DNA from: a virus
IMG/VR virus record: IMGVR_UViG_3300006735_000001
Span: 1 to 64,000 of that record
Strand: one strand, 5' to 3'
DNA length: 64,000 nt
The translations under genes were made by a program, and so were the position numbers. Shown one piece after another: positions 57,676 through 64,000 of this stretch. A model generated the notes under the pieces. The model was not told the DNA's origin, did not search any database, and worked only from the letters and a program-made list of their open reading frames with translations. Positions within the stretch are counted from its first letter, which is position 1, and each line of letters opens with the position of its first letter.

Positions 57676-59301
57676 ATGGAATATAATAAATACTACTGGC
57701 TTAATGAAGACAGCCGCACATTTTTATCAAGAGGATATATAACAGAAGAACCAGAACAAAGAATAAAAGACATAGCAAATACAGCAGAGAAATATCTACA
57801 CATGCCCGGTTTTGCTGAGAAGTTTGAAAAATACATGTCTAAAGGATTCTATAGTCTATCAACACCAGTATGGATTAATTTTGGAAAACAAAAAGGACTG
57901 CCTATAAGTTGTTATGGATCTAACATAGATGACAATCTAGATAGTATACTCAATGCAGGCCGTGAAATAGGTATGATGTCTAAATATGGCGGAGGTACAA
58001 GTTGTTATCTTGGTAATATAAGACCTAGAGGATCGGTTATATCAACAGGAGGACTAGCAGATGGTCCTGTGCACTATGCTAGAATATACGATACTGTGGT
58101 AGATGTATGTAAACAGTCTGAAGCAAGACGTGGTGCTTGTGCTGCTTATCTACCAATAGAGCATACAGACATTGAAGAGTTCCTAGATATTGGAACTGAG
58201 GGAAACTTAATACAAAATTTACAGTATGGTGTTACTGTAAGTAGTAGTTGGTTAGAACAAATGCGTGCTGGTGATAAAGCTAAACGTAAAATGTGGGCTA
58301 AAGTAATTCAAAGAAGGAGTGAGTTTGGTTATCCTTATATAATGTTTACGGACAACTCAAATAACAATAGCCCATATAAAGAAATAGGAATGAAGATCAC
58401 TGCATCTAATTTATGTTCTGAGATTCAGTTGCCTACTGATACATATAACTCATTTGTATGTTGTTTAGGTTCTATAAACTTATTGCACTGGGATGAAATT
58501 ATTAAAACAGACGCTATAGAAACATATGTGTTCTTTTTAAATGCTGTTATGGATGAATTCATTAAAAAGGCTGAAGTAAAAGCTGGCCTTAAAAGAGCAT
58601 ATAACTTTGCTAGCAAACATAGAGCTATTGGTTTAGGAGTATTGGGATACCATAGTTTATTTCAATCAAAACTAATAGAGTTTGAGTCACTAGCAGCTAA
58701 ACAATTAAACAATCATATATTTAAACATTTAAAAGAAACGTCAGATGAAGCATCAAGATGGTTATATCAACACAGAGGATACAGATCCTTACGTGAAGGA
58801 TATGCAAACACAACTCTTATGGCTATTGCTCCTACTAAATCAAGTTCATTTATCCACGGTGCTGTATCTATGGGTATTGAGCCAATAAAATCTAATTACT
58901 TTATTAAGGACCTTGCTAAGTCTAAGACTATATACAAAAATCCATTTCTTGTAGAAGAATTAAATAAGTATGGATTAAACACAAAGAAGACCTGGGCAAG
59001 TATACTTAAGAAAGATGGATCCGTACAACACTTGGACTTTCCAACTAAAGCTGTATTCAAATCGTTTGTTGAGATAACACCTAAAGAGTTAGTTTTGCAA
59101 GCTGCACAAAGACAGAAGTATATTGATCAATCACAATCTTTAAATCTTATGATACATCCATCTGTATCTGCTAAAGATATAAATGCATTATATTTATATG
59201 CACATGATGAGGGCGTGAAAACTTTATACTATCAGTTTAGTCAAAGCTCTGCTCAAGACTTTGCTAGAAATATATTAGAGTGTTCTAGCTGTGAAGGTTA
59301 G
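57676..59301 (+). CDS. nrdA: Ribonucleotide reductase large (alpha) subunit, no ATP cone
   Basis: ISC, GGGT, SNLCSEI, VCCLGS, APTKSSS, DQSQS, TLYY, C-terminal CSSCEG. Confidence 0.95.
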   Translation: MEYNKYYWLNEDSRTFLSRGYITEEPEQRIKDIANTAEKYLHMPGFAEKFEKYMSKGFYSLSTPVWINFGKQKGLPISCYGSNIDDNLDSILNAGREIGMMSKYGGGTSCYLGNIRPRGSVISTGGLADGPVHYARIYDTVVDVCKQSEARRGACAAYLPIEHTDIEEFLDIGTEGNLIQNLQYGVTVSSSWLEQMRAGDKAKRKMWAKVIQRRSEFGYPYIMFTDNSNNNSPYKEIGMKITASNLCSEIQLPTDTYNSFVCCLGSINLLHWDEIIKTDAIETYVFFLNAVMDEFIKKAEVKAGLKRAYNFASKHRAIGLGVLGYHSLFQSKLIEFESLAAKQLNNHIFKHLKETSDEASRWLYQHRGYRSLREGYANTTLMAIAPTKSSSFIHGAVSMGIEPIKSNYFIKDLAKSKTIYKNPFLVEELNKYGLNTKKTWASILKKDGSVQHLDFPTKAVFKSFVEITPKELVLQAAQRQKYIDQSQSLNLMIHPSVSAKDINALYLYAHDEGVKTLYYQFSQSSAQDFARNILECSSCEG

Positions 59302-59804
59302 TCTCTTCTAGGAATTCCTTTACTTTTTACTACACTAGGAACCCGTGGTTTTGAGTTTGTATTATTTCGCTGTACATTAATAGTAGATCTTGTATTATTT
59401 ATATTGTTATTCCAACTTTGTATATTTATATTTGATCTACTGTTGACAGGCGGGACTACAATATTATTACTAGTTCTTGGGCCATTTATTCTAACTCTTG
59501 GTTTCTCAACCTTATCCGGCTTAATATATAGATCTCTAAAATACCATGTCTGTGGTCTATATATTTGATACCCAAAGTTATAGGGCTGGTTCCAATAGTA
59601 GTTATTCCAATTATTGAATCTATAGTTATCAAATACATTTACATAATTATACTTCTGGAATTCTTTTATAGGTATAGCAACTGTATCGCCTGCAGATGTT
59701 ATAGTTAAGACTTTAGTAATTTTTAATTTAGGTGTAGTCTCTAAGTTATAAACTCCACAACTCAAAATACTATGCAAGCATAATAGTAATATTAATTTTT
59801 TCAT
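59298..59804 (-). CDS. Lipoprotein with aromatic-rich middle and disordered Asn/Arg-rich tail
   Basis: MKKLILLLCLHSILSC lipobox. Confidence 0.7.
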   Translation of the reverse strand: MKKLILLLCLHSILSCGVYNLETTPKLKITKVLTITSAGDTVAIPIKEFQKYNYVNVFDNYRFNNWNNYYWNQPYNFGYQIYRPQTWYFRDLYIKPDKVEKPRVRINGPRTSNNIVVPPVNSRSNINIQSWNNNINNTRSTINVQRNNTNSKPRVPSVVKSKGIPRRD

Positions 59805-60205
59805 AAGCCTCGTTTATTGGTGTTAAGTGTTTTTTTCTTACCCCCGTCATAGACATATGCATGCCCTTCTTCTATTAAAGTTTTACAGACATCAATCTGC
59901 AAGCCTTGTTCATTCTTTATAAATACTTCTGCAAGAACCCTGCCGTACTTTCCAGTACCGTATGAGCGTATTCGGAAGAAACTCTTATCACACGTCTGTT
60001 CTGTCAGCATTTCTTTAGTTCGTGCCTTAGCCGCAAGTCCTTTTTCTTTCTCTTCTAAATCCTTCGTTCTGCACTCCCAAGTATCTAAACCGTAAAATCT
60101 AATTCTCTTTTTGACCCAGGTATCAAAACCTAAATCAATCATTGCGTCCACAGTATCTCCGTCAACTACTCGTAATAGTCTAGCTTTATATATATATTTT
60201 TCCAT
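59801..60205 (-). CDS. Thermonuclease (SNase) family protein
   Basis: RVVDGDT, RIRFYGLDTWE, GKYGRVLA, LIEEGHA. Confidence 0.9.
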   Translation of the reverse strand: MEKYIYKARLLRVVDGDTVDAMIDLGFDTWVKKRIRFYGLDTWECRTKDLEEKEKGLAAKARTKEMLTEQTCDKSFFRIRSYGTGKYGRVLAEVFIKNEQGLQIDVCKTLIEEGHAYVYDGGKKKTLNTNKRGL

Positions 60206-60209
60206 AATA

Positions 60210-60608
60210 TTAAAATTGACTTGCCTCAGATAAGTCGTTTATATCAGACTGTAACTTATCTAGATCTACAGGACACTCAAGATCTAATCCGGCTTTATAT
60301 GTAAATTCTTTGAAACCCTCTTTAAATATTATAAGTGTGGGGGCCATGCGTATTCTATATTTTTTCTTTGAATCTGGTGAGTCAGCTATATTACATCTAT
60401 AGTATTTAACTCCTGTAAGTTTTTCCCAGTCTTGAAAAGCATTGTCTTTATTAAAGTCTGCATAAAACTCAATTACAACTATCTCATAATCTTCTTCAAA
60501 AGCATTGTTACCTGAAATGGCACTATCAAACTCTTTATCTGTTACCCAGTCTTGGGCCACTACTTGTGTCCCTACTAGCAGTAATAATAATGTTAGTAAG
60601 TACCTCAT
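60210..60608 (-). CDS. Exported thioredoxin-fold protein lacking CxxC
   Basis: Signal peptide, VVIEFYADFN in place of WCxxC, KYRIRMAPTLIIFKEG. Confidence 0.75.
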   Translation of the reverse strand: MRYLLTLLLLLVGTQVVAQDWVTDKEFDSAISGNNAFEEDYEIVVIEFYADFNKDNAFQDWEKLTGVKYYRCNIADSPDSKKKYRIRMAPTLIIFKEGFKEFTYKAGLDLECPVDLDKLQSDINDLSEASQF

Positions 60609-60611
60609 AGC

Positions 60612-60902
60612 TTATTTTTTGGTTAGATCATAGATTCTCTCTTCCATCTTCTCAAACTTTTCTAGCAGCATCTCTACATCTTCTTGAGTTTCCATTATAG
60701 TCTGTCTGACAAGTTCATCTTTAAGATCATACTCAACTCTATTTATTGGTGGTTCAGGCATTTCCATTGCATGAGCTATATCAGCTTGAAGTGTAAACCA
60801 CATTGTTGCTAATGTAATTGTAAACCCTACAATCATACCTATTGTTTTTAAATCTAAAGTTACTTTAGTTTCTTCTCCTATCTGTGGTGCCTGTTGTGCC
60901 AT
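60612..60902 (-). CDS. Single-TM protein with a coiled-coil
   Basis: IGMIVGFTITLATMWFTL followed by PEPP and heptads. Confidence 0.7.
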   Translation of the reverse strand: MAQQAPQIGEETKVTLDLKTIGMIVGFTITLATMWFTLQADIAHAMEMPEPPINRVEYDLKDELVRQTIMETQEDVEMLLEKFEKMEERIYDLTKK

Positions 60903-60908
60903 TATTTA

Positions 60909-62144
60909 TTATTTAAATGAAAAGTTTAAACCTATACTACTTTGGTATAACTCACTATCCCAGAATTTACCATATTCTCCTTCTATAAAGACACCAAAGT
61001 TTTTACTTAATTTCCATCCTAGATTGATACCTAGATTGTAATCTTCCCATTGTTCATGCTGTGAGTCTTCTATTAGTCCGCCTTTACCCCAGTTGTTTCT
61101 ATTTAAATAACTAAAGTCCTCATCCCCAGTAATATATGTGTGATTGGGTAATATATAATTAGCATAAGCATGTAACCAAAATTTACTCTTATAATGATAG
61201 AAGTCAAAACCTACTATAGGTGCTATCTCTCCAAATTCACTAATAAGGTCCCATTGTTCATTATTATATCTATTAATAAGATCTCTAAATACTGAATTTC
61301 TAAAATCTAAATCTGAGTATGCCACTATATTTCCGTCTGCATCTTTCCAAATCCAGTCTTGTCTTTCTTCACCTGTGGTCACATCCGTGTAAGTTGTATA
61401 ATGATCTGTGTATCCATATTCAAAACCTAAAGAATACCATGGATTAATAGGGTACTCAACAACTTCACCTTCAGGTGTTGTAAATGTTTCTGTTTCATTC
61501 AACCATATTTCAATGGGGTTATATCCGTAAGCACGCTCATGAGTACGGTAGATAGCACCAGCTGAAATACTAAACTTTTTTCCAATAGGCAAGCGTAGTC
61601 TGGCCTCAGCAGACTTATAGTTTAGGTTAATACTTCCTACTTCTCTTGATTCAGCTTTAATTATATGATATTTACCTGTATGCTTAACAAATATTCTATG
61701 ATTATTGAATTCTTCTCCACGGAGTCTTTCTTTTTCTATGTGAAACTGATACTCTAATCCTGCTAGAGCAGAGGTTGGTGCAGTAAATGCCAGTTGTTGT
61801 TCTGTACCATCATACCAATTTCTTGGTTTTCTTTCATAGCTAAATCTGGCCAGCTTTCTGATTCCAAATCCTATTCTATAATCAAAGTCATAGTACTCTG
61901 TTACATCTACTACACGGGGTATACCATAAAGATCTCCTTCATCAGGTCTCTCTACAAAAAAGTCTTGTCTGCTTGTCTGATAGGAATTACGTGCATCACC
62001 TGCTGCATATACAGTTCCATACTGTAAAAAGTCTTGGTATAATGCCTTGAAGAACTTACCTTTTTCTTTTACTTCTTGTGAGTGAGAAGCATTAGGTAAA
62101 AACAAAAGTAGTATAAAAACCAACAGACTTAAATAGTTTTTCAT
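60909..62144 (-). CDS. Putative outer-membrane beta-barrel protein
   Basis: Signal peptide, alternating amphipathic Y/F/G-rich strands, and a C-terminal SIGLNFSFK beta-signal-like end. Confidence 0.7.
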   Translation of the reverse strand: MKNYLSLLVFILLLFLPNASHSQEVKEKGKFFKALYQDFLQYGTVYAAGDARNSYQTSRQDFFVERPDEGDLYGIPRVVDVTEYYDFDYRIGFGIRKLARFSYERKPRNWYDGTEQQLAFTAPTSALAGLEYQFHIEKERLRGEEFNNHRIFVKHTGKYHIIKAESREVGSINLNYKSAEARLRLPIGKKFSISAGAIYRTHERAYGYNPIEIWLNETETFTTPEGEVVEYPINPWYSLGFEYGYTDHYTTYTDVTTGEERQDWIWKDADGNIVAYSDLDFRNSVFRDLINRYNNEQWDLISEFGEIAPIVGFDFYHYKSKFWLHAYANYILPNHTYITGDEDFSYLNRNNWGKGGLIEDSQHEQWEDYNLGINLGWKLSKNFGVFIEGEYGKFWDSELYQSSIGLNFSFK

Positions 62145-62180
62145 ATTTAAAGTTTAATATTAATCTAGTTTAATGTTGGT

Positions 62181-62200
62181 CTATAAATATAATATACAGA
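62181..62200 (-). promoter_or_regulatory. Putative late promoter
   Basis: TCTGTATATTATATTTATAG upstream of the beta-barrel gene. Confidence 0.6.
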
Positions 62201-62241
62201 TAAAAGTTTAAATTTCTAAATATTAAACCTGCAAATTTGTC

Positions 62242-64000
62242 TTATTTAATAAAGAAATCTTCCATAGTGGAGTAACTACGCCATTTATTAAACGTATGTA
62301 ATATTGGTAATGCATCTCCCCAGTTTTTCCATAATTTTAATTTACCTTTTCTTTTTCCTTGTTGATAGTATACATCTTTGTTAGCTTTAACATCTAAGTC
62401 ACTTTGTACCATATAGTAAAAAGGTGTTTCTAAAGTCATCCATAGTGCCTCTGATAATTCTCCCATTGTTCTTGTTGAAGCAATAGGTGATTTAACCATT
62501 TGCATTTGTTGAGTACCACCAGCTATAGGAAGGAACATTACTAATTCAAATAAAGTTCTATCTGCTTGATATTTTACAACATTTTTCAAACGTTTAACTG
62601 TTTCACTATCATCATCATCACCAGATAAAATAGAGCTAAAGATTATTGAAGTTATTAATACACTCATCATAATACCTATCTCACCCATAGTTCTATAAAA
62701 ACCTTGAAGTTTATTCATAGCTCTTTGGTCTTTGTTACCACCCTCTCCAGTATACCCATAGTCTGCTAAAAAACCATCTTTATAGTTAGTTCTGATTTCT
62801 CCTTTTTTAACCTGCTCAAATACATAACTTAAAAACTTCATAAAGGATACATATCTACCTTCCATAAATCCTAAGTTTTCATCAAAGTATTCTGTTTGAT
62901 ATCTTGCTCTAATTGCAGGAGCAACCCACTTATGAAATTGTGCAGCCAATTTACCAACAGTAATAGATTGCATAACCATTCTATCTTCTTTAGCATAGTT
63001 ACCATGAATCTGTTTATTGACTTCTCTTATTTCATTTCTAATATCATATCTTATTTTATTATACCATTTTTCAAAAGAAACATTACCTTCAGGATTAAAT
63101 GTATCTGACTTACCATTTATTCTAATAATAGTATCAAATCCAGGTCTTAATTCATTTTTATGTGTTTCTGGATTATAATCAAAGGCATCATAAAATGAAA
63201 TTTGTTCCTCAGTCTTACTATTTTTTACTTGCGTATCAATCAAAATAGCCATACCATTTTTTGTTTGTACATTATATTCTGCCGCATCCTGTAGTATATA
63301 ACCCCACTCAGCTGCACGTGCAAACCAACTCTTATTATTTGATGTTGACTCTGTCTGTTCACGCAATTGAGACATGGGGTCCATCATTCTAAAAGAATCT
63401 ACAAAAGCTTCATATTTACTATTAGGCTTAGTAGAATCATATGAGCTAACATTTGCTCCTGGTATTAAGCCTACAGTAATTAAGTTTCCAAAATCTTTAG
63501 CACCTGTATGAGAAGTTCTATAAATTAAATCAGGAATTGCTCTTTTGTTAAATATCATTTCAGCTCTAACGTAAGCTGATCTGCTATAGAATCTACCCCC
63601 TAATGCTTCAATAGCATTATTTATTCTACCAATAACATAGTTATTAAAGTTACCAAATGGATTAAATGCTACATATGCTAATGAAGATATTTGTATAAGT
63701 CCATCTGCAATTTTATCCCAAGCACCCTTACTTACATTTTCGTTATCATAGTAAACCATGCTCATAAACTTTTTAGCACGTCTGACTATGTTTGCTTCTA
63801 CTTGTGTTTCAGATTGTTTCTTACCAATTTTTTTAAATACTCCATTAATTACCTTACCTAAGTCTAAAGAAGGATCAGAATCCCCATATTCTCTTTGTCC
63901 AATCACCTGCAGATAGGCTCTTAACGTATCTTCTATTTCACCCATAACAGAATAATTTTCTGCCATTGCTGTAAAAGCTAAAATACTTTCTCCTAAATCT
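62242..64000 (-). CDS. C-terminal part of a giant virion (ejection/cargo) protein, partial
   Basis: The frame stays open upstream of 63966 to the window edge (DLGESILAFTAM). Helical, with IHGNY and AQFHKW motifs and a TM-like IGIMMSVLITSIIFSSIL segment, as in crAss-like internal proteins. Confidence 0.7.
   Translation of the reverse strand, partial: DLGESILAFTAMAENYSVMGEIEDTLRAYLQVIGQREYGDSDPSLDLGKVINGVFKKIGKKQSETQVEANIVRRAKKFMSMVYYDNENVSKGAWDKIADGLIQISSLAYVAFNPFGNFNNYVIGRINNAIEALGGRFYSRSAYVRAEMIFNKRAIPDLIYRTSHTGAKDFGNLITVGLIPGANVSSYDSTKPNSKYEAFVDSFRMMDPMSQLREQTESTSNNKSWFARAAEWGYILQDAAEYNVQTKNGMAILIDTQVKNSKTEEQISFYDAFDYNPETHKNELRPGFDTIIRINGKSDTFNPEGNVSFEKWYNKIRYDIRNEIREVNKQIHGNYAKEDRMVMQSITVGKLAAQFHKWVAPAIRARYQTEYFDENLGFMEGRYVSFMKFLSYVFEQVKKGEIRTNYKDGFLADYGYTGEGGNKDQRAMNKLQGFYRTMGEIGIMMSVLITSIIFSSILSGDDDDSETVKRLKNVVKYQADRTLFELVMFLPIAGGTQQMQMVKSPIASTRTMGELSEALWMTLETPFYYMVQSDLDVKANKDVYYQQGKRKGKLKLWKNWGDALPILHTFNKWRSYSTMEDFFIK

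Noticed and set aside
10485-59301. Introns or inteins in MCP, terL, polB or nrdA
   Set aside because: All are uninterrupted and of normal or compact length, with no intein C/S...HN ends.
32599-63108. Short opposite-strand ORFs (32599, 32744, 37325, 40581, 41145, 41488, 48474, 50590, 51280, 52414, 53437, 54448, 58425, 61794, 62896)
   Set aside because: Shadows of conserved genes on the other strand.
1-64000. Stop-codon reassignment, as in some gut crAss-like phages
   Set aside because: Long genes are intact in code 11, TAG ends MCP and portal, TGA ends polB and dnaB, and no suppressor tRNA is visible.
62242-64000. Calling the giant protein the virion RNA polymerase
   Set aside because: No DFDID/DxDGD catalytic motif in the visible part. 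The RNAP may lie outside the window.

Overview
The whole window is part of an AT-rich lytic phage genome with the gene content and order of a crAss-like (Crassvirales-related) phage. The host is probably an environmental Bacteroidetes/Flavobacteria species, inferred from TAnnTTTG-type promoters, A-rich ribosome-binding regions without Shine-Dalgarno, and a Flavobacterium-type class Id RNR. It uses the standard genetic code, with TAG and TGA as stops. Layout: (1) 1-24.8 kb, minus strand: late module with fibre proteins, Cys-rich structural proteins, ring and auxiliary capsid proteins, MCP, scaffold, portal, TerL, GroES, nuclease, HU/IHF, endolysin and a run of small basic proteins. (2) 24.8-26.7 kb: a divergent, largely non-coding control region. 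(3) 25.3-51.1 kb, plus strand: early and replication module with SF2 helicase, Ung, DnaB, AAA_24, SSB, primase, resolvase, vWA/MoxR pair, exonuclease, PolB and a spore-photoproduct-lyase-like radical SAM enzyme. (4) 51.1-56.4 kb, minus strand: second structural/holin cluster. (5) nrdB/nrdA. (6) A minus-strand envelope cassette (outer-membrane beta-barrel, membrane coiled-coil, exported thioredoxin fold, thermonuclease, lipoprotein) and the end of a giant virion protein. The best candidates for new biology are a spore-like UV-protection system (SP lyase plus basic mini-proteins), the envelope cassette, the vWA-MoxR-BRCT-like operon, and three recurring non-coding motifs. I found no tRNA, CRISPR array, intron, DGR or integrase. 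All family calls come from motif recognition by eye, not database searches.
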